Shown here in pieces: positions 37,190-48,647 of a stretch of 64,000 bases of DNA (the first letter of the stretch is position 1; the number at the start of each line of letters is the position of its first letter). The position numbers and the translations under genes were made by a program. Source of the DNA: Glaucostegus cemiculus. Its lineage: Eukaryota. The notes below the pieces were generated by a model. It worked only from the letters and a program-made list of their open reading frames with translations. It was not told the DNA's origin and did not search any database. The DNA lies in NCBI GenBank assembly GCA_976551045.1, contig CDPCPM010000054.1, forward strand, positions 18,290,001 through 18,354,000, in the 5' to 3' direction.

Positions 37190-38000
37190 GCTAGAAATCA
37201 GAAATTAAAACAGAAAATGCAAGAAATACTCAGCAGGTCAGGCAGCAACTCTGGAGAGGGAAACAGAGTTCATTTTCAGGTCAATGATCTTTCATCAGAA
37301 CATTTCCTCTCCTTACTATAGCGGTAGTTGCAGTGTCAATCTTTTCGCCTCTTATTGTCCCACTGTAGAATATCCCAAACACACCTTATTTAAGAGTTAA
37401 GAGATTTAAAAGATTTAAGAGATTTAAGAGCTTATTTCCACCTTTTTCATTTCATTATCCAGTAATCACTGCTTATGATGATGTCTGCACACTTGGGGGA
37501 CTATTCAGATTTGCTGAACTGTCCACAGGTATGACCCAAAACTTTTGGCTACCTGTCATTTTAATCTATTCATTCAACATTCTACACCTATCTGGACCCA
37601 ATGCTGCACTGAACAATTTCAGATCTTATCCATTACCCCAACTGTTTTGGACAAGGCTGTCAGTATTAATTCTTTGATATCAATGTATACCTCCTCAAGA
37701 CCTATATTTTTTGTCTTTACTTGTCCTATTGTCACACTTTTTCACTTTGCACTATTGTCTCCTTTTCCATTTAATCTCTCCTACTTTCAACTCCATCAAA
37801 GAACATCCTTTTTGTTTCTTACTCCCCCATCCCGCACCTATCTACCACCTTGTCCAGGTTTGTTATAATCTGTTACAACTCCAACTCATCAAAGCTCCAA
37901 TGAAAAGAGGTCAACCTGAAAAATAATTTTGTTGCTGTGTATTTCCACCAAATTCTGTTTCTGTTTCAGATTTCCCACATCTGAAATATTTTGCCTTTGA
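37190..38000. mobile_element. Decayed Penelope-like element with inverted terminal segments
   Basis: Left end (37190-37300) has the terminal motif in minus orientation with a hammerhead-like core. Right end (37890-38000) has it in plus orientation. The internal 'cacctgccatttcaat'-like and 'ttcattcaacatt' segments resemble PLE GIY-YIG/3' regions. Confidence 0.5.
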
Positions 38001-38895
38001 GTGAAAAATGAATGCCGATTTTATAGGAAAGTTTATGCTGGTACACCAGGATATGTGAAGTGGGACAACACAGAAATTTTACTTCATAGCACCAGGGTCT
38101 TTTCACTGCCCTGATCATCTCTTTTTATGAGAGAATACTTCTAACTCCAGTTTCAAAACAAAGGTCTTGGCAGGATTTCTGGGAAATCCTGGTGGAAACC
38201 TGTGGCCTTGATTGGGACCAGAAACATTTTCAGATCTGACCATCTCATGCTGGGAATGAATCTCTGCATCTGCACATTTTTCAAGACTGTGATATTCCAT
38301 TTACCATTCCAAATGATGGGCACTCATGATTTTCCAGTACACATTTTCATCAGTGTAAGCAGAAGAAACTGCCTCCTTATGTCGCACCTGTAATTATACC
38401 ATTTTCATCAGTTGCTTGAATAGTTAATGAGTTGCCTGGCTGTTATAAGTGTGAAACATATTGTTGATTTTGTGTTGTAGAAGAGGGAGTGTGCAAAATC
38501 TGCTTAGTCCAATTCATAGCCTTACCATTGTAGTCCTAACAGAGAGTATGTATAGATGCTGCCCTCACACTGAAATGTGCATTAGTGTACCTCCAACAGT
38601 GGTATATGACCTACATTCCTAGAAGATGAAGTACGGCAGTGTATTTAGTGGTTGTTAGTCATGCATTTTGCCAGCGATGTTTTGGAAAGGTTTACCTCCA
38701 CTGAATTTAATTGCTGCAGTACAACAGAATAGAATCCAGAAATAACACTCTACAGTAATCTTCCTTCAAGCAGCCAATCTGAAGCAAAATGCATCAGTAA
38801 ACTATGTTGTTCGGTGCAGAATACAGGTAGAGGTGTCCAGGTCTTCAGGAGAACATCTGGGACTTGATATTTGCAAATTTGCCTCTAATATATAT

Positions 38896-39032
38896 ATGGT
38901 ACAAAGATTATTTTTGCATCATTTATACAAAATGGTACAAAGATTATTTTTGCATCATTTATACAAAATGGTACAAGGATTATTTTTGCATCATTTATAC
39001 AAAATGGTACAAGGATTATTTTTGCATCATTT
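38896..39032. repeat. Tandem minisatellite, 36-bp unit x ~3.8
   Basis: Unit atggtacaa(a/g)gattatttttgcatcatttatacaaa starts at 38896, 38932, 38968 and 39004 (partial). No spacers. Confidence 0.97.
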
Positions 39033-39169
39033 TTTCCCAACCCAATATGTTCACTTGGAAGCTATAGCATAAATCTATTTCCTTCAATTCCTCTCATTTG
39101 CTTAAAATAAAATGTTCACATCAAATTGAAAATAAAACAAGACCAAAAGCTAAAAAAAGGCCTTGTAAT

Positions 39170-39712
39170 AGATAGATCCACCATAGAATACATCCTCTCT
39201 GGATGCATCACAGCTTGGTATGGCAACTGCTTTGCCCAAGACTGCAAAAAATTGCAGAGGGTTGTGAACGCAGCCCAGTCCATCATGCAAACCAGCCTTT
39301 CCTCCATTGACTCTGTCTACACTTTCTCAGGAAAGCAACCAACATAATCAAGGTCCCCTCTCACTCTGGTCATTCTCTCTTCTCCTCCCTCCTGTCAGGT
39401 AGAAAGTTTGAGAACACACACCACAAGGCTCAAGGACAACTTCTATCCTGCTGTTATCAGGATCTTGAATGGACCTCTTAAACACTAAAAGATGAACTCT
39501 TGATCTTTCAATTTACCTTGATTTGGTCCTTGCACTTTGTTTGTCTCCCTGCATTGCACTTCCTCTGTAACTGTTATACTATATTCTGCATTCTGTTTTC
39601 CTCTTTACTACCTTGATGTATGTCTGGAATGATCTGTCTGGATGACACGCAAAATAAAAGCTTTTCACTGTATCACGATGTGACAATAATAAACCAAACC
39701 CAATACCAATAA
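39170..39712 (+). mobile_element. Rex1/Babar-like LINE 3' end
   Basis: ORF 39126 reads 'RSTIEYILSGCITAWYGNC...KKLQRVVNAAQSI'. Tail ends in tgtgacaataataaaccaaacccaatacc. Confidence 0.8.
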
Positions 39713-40699
39713 ACAACAGCTTCAAAAATTCTTTATAGAAAATAGTGAGGGTAGAAGATCCAATTTTAGTTAATGAACTGCGTTCCTGAGACTGCTAACT
39801 GATGTTGTTTTTACCCTGCCCATTATTTAAATTAGAAACATCAAAGTGAATTACTTTTCAAAACCATGTGTTTGAGAGACTAGTTGAACTTCCCCAGTTG
39901 ATTTAACTTGGGCAGTTGAAAGCATCCAAAATCAGTGATAGGACAGACCAGTACCCCAAAAAATTCTGCAGCACAATCCCTCAAGATGACTGTCCGCCCT
40001 CCAGTATTCAGATGACACTTTTAGGTGTGATGCATCAGGATTAAAAGGAAATGCCCCAAGAAGGTGTGTGTTGAATTTCTGACATTAACTTGGAGGGAGC
40101 AAGAAAAATATACTAAACTATTCAGCAAATCAACTTATTTTATAGGCTGTCTTAGAGATTCTGATTTTTTTCTTTGTTTACCTCTGGCAACATGCTGATG
40201 CTGAAAATTGAATTTTACCTGGAAGCTGGTAAACTTCATGTGTGAGGCATGCATGTAAGTCATGCCCCTGCCATTGGATACAATGGAGTCAACAGGGCGA
40301 ATGAAAAAAAATCATTTCCTTTTTACTGTTTTGTCTTTTATTCCAAGAATACAACTTGATCTACAATTTGTATGGAGAGTTAGAAACAACTTTTTGCATT
40401 TCTTTTAATTTATTTTATTATTGCATGTAACTGTGCAACTAGAGTTAAAGGTAGTGATGTGGTAGCATAAGGAATTGCTATATCAAATTGATCTGGACAA
40501 GTATTCAATAGCCTGTTCTCCAGATCAGCCAGCTTGTTGGGAGAAGCACTGAAGGTGATTAAGTGTTTCCTAAGTGTGTACAAGAACACTTGTATCTTTT
40601 AAAAAAATTGCAAGGAAATATCATTTGCCTTTCCAGTTGCTGTGTGAGCTGTATGTTAAGTGTATGTACAGTATATAAGAATACTTGTATCTCTCTGAG

Positions 40700-41080
40700 T
40701 GCTGCTGGTTACTGGTTTCCCTCCAGAGAGAAATATCAAGTGAATGATTTCACATCTATCCCACGTCATATTCCATCAACCACCAACTTAGCCACCCACT
40801 TATTAACATATATTATAAATAATAGAGGCCTCTGCCCTGATTCCTGCTTCAGCCTTTTAGTAATATCCTGGTTATCTGAGAATGACCTAATGATTCCTTA
40901 TCTCTATCTTCTCTTCTTTAACCAATATTTTATATTAGCTCGCAACCACCTGAGCATGTATCTTGAGTGAAAACTCCATGTGGCATATCCTCTTGAAAAT
41001 ACAGGTTCACTACATCCACTGATTGCCACTTCCCTGAAAATCTTAGAAGGTGTGATAATCATGGACTCCCTTTCATCAAG
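40700..41080 (-). mobile_element. Heavily decayed CR1-type RT fragment
   Basis: Resembles 17820-18150: 'ataaataatagaggcctctgccctgattcctgc', 'caggttcactacatcc'. Confidence 0.45.
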
Positions 41081-41439
41081 CCCTAATGGCCCTAATTTTG
41101 TGGGGAAATGCTACAGTTCCAAGCAAAAGTGTTGACATTTGACTACATAAATGCCTTCAAGCTTATGATTCCTGTGCCTGCGTGTGCAATGCAGAAATCC
41201 TGAATGGTTAAGAACCATTTTCCCAACTGCACTCCAATAGTGGGATTGCATGAATCCAGCTGAACAAATTGTGTCAGGTTAGAACTGGAGGGGTTTAGAA
41301 GGATATGAGACAAATGCAGGCAAATGGGACCAGGTTGGTGGGCACAATGGTCGACATGGATGAGTCTGTTTCTGAAGGGCTTGTTTCAGCATTGTATAAC
41401 TCTATGACTATATGATGGAAGGACAGAGAAGTGCAAAGG

Positions 41440-41952
41440 CCAAGTTACACTGTAATGGAATACTGTTCTGCTTATCTGCATGAATGCAACTCCAGCAGCA
41501 CTCAGGAAGCTGAACACCATCCAGGGCAAAACAGCCTGATTGATTGGCACTCCATCTGCCCCTCTAAATGTTCATTACCTCCACCTCTGGCTCACTGTGG
41601 CAGTAGTGTATACTATGTACAAACTACAGTGCAATTACTTCCCAGGCTCCTCCAAGATCACCTCCCAAAGCTGCGAGCTCAACCACCAGGAAATCTAAGG
41701 GCAGCAGATGCGCTCGAACACCACCACTTGCTTGTTCCCCTCCAGGTCGCACACCATCCCGACTTGGAAGTGTATCAATAGCCCTTCATCTTTGCTGGGT
41801 CTAAATCCTGGGACTTCTAACCCAACAACAGAAGGACATTAACCAGATGGCTCAAGAAAATAGCTCATCACGGCCTCCTCAAGGCCACTTACAGATGGGC
41901 AATGAATACTGACTGACCTTATCATCAACAGCCAGATTCTGAAAATAAATAT
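41440..41952 (+). mobile_element. Decayed LINE (CR1/L2-group) 3' end
   Basis: ORF 41431 reads 'TVMEYCSAYL...'. Tail 'gatgggcaatgaatactgactgacctt' is shared with other copies (43125, 55340 rc). Confidence 0.7.
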
Positions 41953-42469
41953 GTTAAAGAAAAACAAATTTGTATCTTTTCCCAACAACCGACATGACAT
42001 TCCTTGATCTGGAGTTCTCTAGTTCCTTCTCCCTTTTCTTTTTTGAATAGGAATGCTACATTTGATATCTTCCAGCCCAATCCTGAATGTAGGGAATTGT
42101 GGAAGGTTCCTTTCAATTCATCCCCATTTCTCTATCAGGAGTCCACCATATAGTTCATCAAGGCTGAAAATATTTATTTTCAGAATCTGGCTGTTGATGA
42201 TAAGGTCAGTCAGTATTCATTGCCCATCTGTAAGTGGCCTTGAGGAGGCCGTAATGAGCTATTTTCTTGAGCCATCTGGTTAATGTCCTTCTGTTGTTGG
42301 GTTAGAAGTCCCAGGATTTAGACCCAGCAAAGATGAAGGGCTATTGATACACTTCCAAGTCGGGATGGTGTGCGACCTGGAGGGGAACAAGCAAGTGGTG
42401 GTGTTCGAGTGCATCTGCTGCCCTTAGATTTCCTGGTGGTTGAGCTCGCAGCTTTGGGAGGTGATCTTG
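41653..42469. repeat. Long inverted repeat: arms 41653-41952 and 42170-42469 (300 bp each), 217-bp spacer
   Basis: By manual alignment the right arm equals the reverse complement of the left arm, with 2 substitutions (gccgtGatg/gccgtAatg; cgagCgcat/cgagTgcat). Confidence 0.95.
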
Positions 42470-42952
42470 CAAGAGACTGAGTCATTACGCTCTTCCTTCT
42501 TGCATTCCTGTGAAACAAACTACAATTTGCATTTGTATTTCCTATAATTTATATTCTCATTCCGTTTCTCACCTCCTTATCACTGTTTGTCATCACCTTT
42601 TGCTTACCTAGCCAAGGAGTAGATTTTATTCCTTTGTCTAATGCAAGAGCCATGAATCAGCTACCTATAATAGATATCTCATCAATTTTAGACAATCAGT
42701 TGGTTAATTCACAACTCCAAAATGATTATTTGATAGCGATAAAATCTACCCTACTGAACTGTATGAAACTGAACCACTTGAAAAAGAGGAAAATTGGAAC
42801 TCCTTCCCCAGAAACATTGTGAGATTAATTTCAGCAGAAGGACTGCAGCAGTTCAAGAAGGTCTCCATGAACAGAGTGCAGGATAGTCCCAGGGTCATGC
42901 TCAACTAAGTGTAAAGGTCCGTTAGAGCATAAACCAGGGAATTAGCACGGAG

Positions 42953-43232
42953 AACATAAGAATATAGAACAGTAGAGCACAGAAACAGGCCCTTCAGCCC
43001 ACAATGCTGTGCCAAACCAATTAAGTTAATGGCGCCTAATTAACTAATCTCTTCTGCCTGCACATGATCAATATCCCTCCATTCTCTGCATATTCATGCC
43101 CATAGAAATGGTTAACATCCATTGAAATGGGTAATAAATGCTGGTCTTGCCAATAGCCATGATCTTATTGCATGACGGAGTAGGTACAAGGGGCTGAATG
43201 GCCTGTTCCTGCTCCTATTTTTTTATGTTCTT
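42953..43232. mobile_element. Two short CR1-type 3' tails in opposite orientation
   Basis: Minus-strand tail 'aacataagaatatagaacagtagagcacagaaacaggcccttcagcccac' (42953-43100) and plus-strand tail 'ggggctgaatggcctgttcctgctcctattttttatgttct' (43150-43232). Confidence 0.6.
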
Positions 43233-44199
43233 CCTGAACTGCAGTTTTACCTAAGTTTCTATAAGTCTCTGCTAAATTCACATACACAGTACTAATCTTA
43301 CAAGAGTCAGGGCTATAGGTAGTTGGTTTAGCTGCAAACATTTATGGTGACCAGAGTTCCCTGTAAAGTTTAGTACATTCATAGTTCTGCAGTGGGACAA
43401 CATGCTGTTAAATAACTAGCGAAGAGGTGAACACTTCCCTGCAGAAGTACTGCAATGTTACTTTTTCTAATCGAGGTGACTGACTCTTGTGCTCAAGAAC
43501 ATGTCCAATATTGTCCCATTGCAATTCCAAAGCTCAATTACCTTCTATGGCCAGCTAACTATCGTGTTTCTCTTCAAGTCATTAACATTAATAGAAACAT
43601 GCTTGGCTGCTAATTTTTCACAGATTACTGGAATAAAGGGAATGGCAAGAGATACTTTTGGGGGGAAAAAACATTCCCACATTGCTAATCCATCAGACTG
43701 GGCAGATTATTATTTTCAAATTCTTTGCCAAACTTGCATGGTGTCCACTTGGAAGCAATTTAATCCAGTAATTCATTGGGTTTTTTTTAAGGACTTATTC
43801 ACGTAAGTTCGTAAATTGATATTCTTGAGAGCTTGCAGCATAAATGTATTTCTCGGAAGTTTAAAAAGGGAAAGTCAGACGTTCTGCAAAATAATGTGTT
43901 GTTTCTTTTTATTCTCTTGATTATAGTCATCTCAGAAAGAAAGGTAATATTATATAGGCCTGCTTTACACTTCAAGAAGAACATGTTGATTATTCAATTC
44001 ACATTCAGATTGTAATTATACCATCTGCTCAGATCCGTGAACATAGCCTTAATTATCAATTAGAAGTAAATCTTGGCAAACAGCGAGCATCTTTATAAAG
44101 TGGAATGAGGCCTGTTTTGTATTCCTTTATTTTGAAAGAAATATCTCTGTTTCTGCATTTAAGAGAAGTTACCAATGCACTTCTATGAAATCACATACA

Positions 44200-44525
44200 C
44201 AGTAGCACAGCAGTTGCTGCTGATGTTTCACAGCTCCAGAAATCCCAGCTTTGAACTTGACCTGTGCTGTCTATGTGGAGTTTGCACGTTCACTTTGTGA
44301 CTGCATGGGTTTCCTGGATGCTCCATTTTCCTCCCATATCCCAAAGATGTGCAAGTGGTAGGTTAATTGGCCACTGTAAATTATCCCTAATCTGCAGGAG
44401 GCTGGTAAAGAGAATCATGGGGGTGAATAGATTAAGGCAAATAAGTGGGGGAATGGGATTGATTGGATGGTTCTAAGTGCTGGTGTTGAACTGATGGGCC
44501 AAGTGTCATCCTCCTACATTGTAAA
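44200..44525 (+). mobile_element. tRNA-derived V-SINE
   Basis: tRNA-like head, then V-domain-like 'tatgtggagtttgcacgttc...gcatgggtttcctggatgctccattttcctcccatatcccaaagatgtgc...ggttaattggccactgtaaatt', then a LINE-like tail. Confidence 0.8.
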
Positions 44526-45499
44526 GGACAATGAAATATGAAAGTCATCACTCATAATGAACTTTAAATACTGCACCTATTACCATGTGACAGTAAATTC
44601 TTCTGTCATTATTACATCAATTAGGCTTGAGTATTAAACTCTGTTACTGAACTGCTTGCTGCTCATCAGAAGTATGATTTTCTTCTCCTCTGGAACAATT
44701 AGGTTACTACCTAGTTGTTGAGCTTCACACCAGATTTTTTTTTCTGCACAATTTTCCATTCATGTTATTTTATAAAAATAGACATCTCTGCGGAACACAG
44801 CTACCCTATTTATAATGAAGTAGTGTTGGTTACTGGAATGGTCCAACAATGCTTGTAACACTGATGCAGTTATTTCCAAGGAGTGCCAGAAGCATTGCTT
44901 CTAGATACAATCTTTTGGTGAAGTGGTGGGATAGATTTTATAACATGCAAAGGCTGGATTAATAAAACTGTAGAGTCAGACTAACAAAGCATGGTTATGT
45001 TCTGTAAGCATTGAGGAAAATTATTGTAATGAAATGACACTGCACTTCCTGTTGGGACAGTTTCATAAAGAAAATGGGGCTTCAAGGAGGTTTCTTCCCA
45101 ATCCTAAATTATCAAACAGTGGTGGAGATGCATCAAGATCTGCCAGCCAATATGCACATAAATGGACAATTCCTAAGCATTGACCATAAAGGAGCATTAC
45201 ACTTAGCTAAGCATGACCTTGGGACAATCCTGCTCTCTGCTAATGGAGTCCTTATGGAGTCCAGTAGCTCAATGCCAACTTCCACAGATGTCTCAACCCT
45301 CAGGCCTGCTGGGCTTGTGCCAAAGACTTTAGCCCCATTACACAGAATGGGAGAAATCAGCTGTTGGTATAAAGGTCAACAGAGCATGCAGCAATGATGA
45401 CAGCTCAAACAGCTGCTGGGCGTAGTTAGTGCTGCAGAAGGAACAGTGTAGCCCAAAGCAGTGGTCACAGGGCTGCAGGAGATACATTCCCCATTAAAA

Positions 45500-45660
45500 T
45501 AATAACAGAAATTATTAGAAAAACTCAGCAGGTCAGGCAGCATCCTTGGAGAGAAAACCATAACAGATTAACATTTTTCTCTCTCCATTCGCTGCCTTGA
45601 CCCGTTGTGTACTTCTAGCATTTTATGTTTTCATTTTCAGTTTTATAATATTTGCAGCAC
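45500..45660. repeat. Short foldback repeat of the Penelope-terminal family
   Basis: actcagcaggtcaggcagcatccttggagagaaaa ... tttttctctctcca...gctgccttgacccgttg are imperfect inverted arms. Confidence 0.6.
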
Positions 45661-45782
45661 CTTACTCTGGTCTAACTAATTAAATGTAACTTGGCTGAAA
45701 TGGATGTTATTTAATTTATCTCAGTATTATACTGAGATTATTATAGAAACAAAACATCACTAAATTTCTACAGTTTTAAATT

Positions 45783-46190
45783 TGTTTATTATTGTCACAT
45801 GTACCAAGGTGAAAAGCTTTATTTTGCATGCCATCCATACATTTCATTTCATCAAATCAGTACATTGAGACAGTACAAGAGAAATCAATAACAGAATGCA
45901 GAATAAAATCTTACAATTACAGAGAAAGTGCTATGTAGGCAGACAATAAGGTGCAAAGCCATAATAAAGTAGATTGAGAGGTCAACAGTCCATCTTAGTA
46001 TACCGGGGACTGTTCAATACTCTTACAGCAGCGAGATCGAAGCTGTCCTTGAGCCTGGTGGTACGTGCTTTCAGACTTTTGTACTTTCTGCTCAATGGAA
46101 GGGGGTAGAAGAAAGAATGTCAGGGTGAGTGGGGTCTTTGATTATTTTGGCTGCTTCACTGAAGCAGTGAGGAGTGTAGACAGAGTAAAC
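45783..46190 (-). mobile_element. Rex1/Babar-like LINE 3' end
   Basis: Reverse-complement similarity to 39300-39700 (tttattattgtcacat...gaaaagctttattttgcatgccatcca...acagaatgcagaata...agctgtccttgagcctggtgg). Confidence 0.7.
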
Positions 46191-48467
46191 AGAGGAAATG
46201 TGGCTGAGGGTATTCTAAGTGGAAGTCACCAACATTCAAAGTTTAAGAATGCTTATTCTATATGCTTAAATATGCATATTCATGATGGCAGAAAATTGCT
46301 CCATCTCATGTGTGAATTGATTTATAGAAGTGATAAAGGAAATCTATTAATATCATTTACCATCAGTACCGTTGCTGCTAGTAAACTGGTGGTTTAATAT
46401 ATAATTGGCTGAATAAGACACACAATGTGTATCTGGAACTAGGTGTAGAGTCTCATTCATGACTTCCTATGGGTTAATATGTAGTCTTGGTGGGAGTAAT
46501 ATTAAGTGAAGAAAAGCCTCTCCTGACATGGAAGGAAAGGATATCAGAGAACAGTTACATCATACTCATTCTACTTGCACCTTACACCTTACATAATACA
46601 TCTTACTCTACAACTCTGGAGCAGCTTCAGCAGAATCTTGATCAGAATAACAAAAGGTAACCATTGCCAAGGAATACTTTGGAACAGGGGAGAGGGAATC
46701 AGAAAGTAAGTGGAGGGAAAAGAAATTGGGATATTCATGGAATGGTTTATAAATATAACAGGCACTAGCTATATGGACAATATTCTTCATCAGCAATTTC
46801 ATGTAGTTTGGATAACATTAATTAGTATTTAAATAATGCTTTAAAAGTAACATGCCAAGCCACTTACCAGTCAAGTATTAATTTATCAAATATTAATCTA
46901 ATAAAATTTGGAAGTTATCTGCAAATTTTTGCTCAGTTTAAACCAAGTTATTGTAATCTGATAGAGAAGTAACTTTAAATTAAAAACTCAAGAACATTGA
47001 AGCTTATAGAAAGTTGTAAATAATTTAATAATCCTTAGAGTACTCACAATAATTCCTTTGCTTGATGTCCTGAGGGAATCTATTTGTCCATGCCACAATG
47101 TCTAAGCTATTGACTGTGAGCTATATGCAATTTTTAAACCCTGGCTACCTGACCCACAAAACCTGGGTCCTTCAGTTTTATTTAAGCTAAAATTTCTCAC
47201 TAGGACGTTTGGTTGTGCAAAATTTTCTGGGCCTGAATTTTTACAAAGTGATTGTCTTAGCATGCTTGCTTGACTGGTGAATAAATCTTTAATCAGAAGA
47301 GTGAGAGCTATCAGTATTTGCAGCTTGAGACATATAGAAATTATTTAACTTATTTTTATTTATGTTTTATGAATGGATCATGAATAATTAAGCAGTGGAG
47401 ATCTTAAATATTAATGATGTGCATCTATAACTTTTTAACATGTACATATTTCCATTATGACATACTTTAGGAACCATTATCCAATCAGCTGATCAAGTTT
47501 ATTCTCTTATACATTTGGATTTTTCAGTAGATAAGTATAAAAAGTTGCAAACAACATCTTAAGAGCCAGTACCTCATGGGAAACTAGCCAGTCAAATCAT
47601 GGAATAACAAAAATATCCTGCTACTCATTGATACATCTGCTTTGATGATATGTCTAGATATAAGATTTGTAATAAAACACATAAAGGAAATATAAAAAAG
47701 ATTTCAACAAAAAATAATAGAGAAATGTCAGAATTTTCTGGGATAAGGTTTCCATCATGGAGGTCTGTCTTATGTCAAGACCTGAGGTTTGGTTCTGTTC
47801 CAGATTCTTGGCTAGGCACTAGAAATGACCTTTTAGCCATGGTCTATTGGAGGTTTAGTCATATGCATCCATTTCATTACACGGTGTGACATCAGTCTCC
47901 ACTTCTCAGAAATCACATTCTGCTTGTTTTTTTTTCTCTCTGGGACTAACTCTGCAGTTGTGAATGTTATCAATTCTCCAAGAATGATTACGCCTGCTTT
48001 TTCTACTTCCCTTGTGAAATGCTGAGAAGTACATAGAATAGTTTGTTATTCTTGGTGAGAATTTTGAAGTTCCAAATATTTTAAAACATTTGCAATATTG
48101 TTTTTATGCTGTCACACAAAGGTGAGGAAAATTCATTGTAATTTAATATTTCAAATCTTAAGTAAAAGTTGGAGTTCACGCTTATTAGGTATGCCAAATA
48201 GGTGTAGTGTTTAGCACTAATGCCCAATTGAAGGGCCCCCAAAATTTGCAGAATTGGTAAAGATAATTATCTTTAAGGATTAGTTAGGCTGATTTTCATT
48301 ATGACTCATGCATAAAAACATAACCTATGCAGACTTTGGTGGTAACTACCTTCAGAGTTTTGAGCTGCTGTAGCATTACTGTAAAGAATCATGGAAAGCC
48401 TGGAAGGAATAGTCTCCTTGGTAGCCAGAGCGGCTGTAAAAGAAACTACCATGGAGATAAAGGAAAA

Positions 48468-48595
48468 TTAAAAGACTGCAGATGCTGGAAATACGAAATA
48501 AAAACAGAAAGCTGAAGGCATTCAGCTCCGCTGTTTGTATTTCCACAGATGCTGCCTGATTTGCTGTTTCCAGCATTTTCTGTCACTATTTTGTA
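48468..48595. repeat. Short foldback repeat of the Penelope-terminal family
   Basis: aaaagactgcagatgctggaaat...aacagaaagctg on the left; cacagatgctgcctgatttgctgtttccagcattttctgt on the right. Confidence 0.6.
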
Positions 48596-48598
48596 TCT

Positions 48599-48647
48599 CG
48601 TGTGTGTGTGTGCACGCACGCGCATGTGCATATGTGTGTGTGTGTGT
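48599..48647. repeat. Compound (TG/CA/CG)n microsatellite, 49 bp of uninterrupted pyrimidine-purine alternation
   Basis: cgtgtgtgtgtgtgcacgcacgcgcatgtgcatatgtgtgtgtgtgtgt. Confidence 0.9.

Noticed and set aside
38896-39032. CRISPR array (36-bp repeats)
   Set aside because: The units are contiguous with no spacers, there are no cas genes, and the context is a vertebrate intron. The repetitive ORFs here are by-products.
44200-44270. tRNA gene
   Set aside because: It is the degenerate tRNA-like head of a SINE, with no intact cloverleaf.
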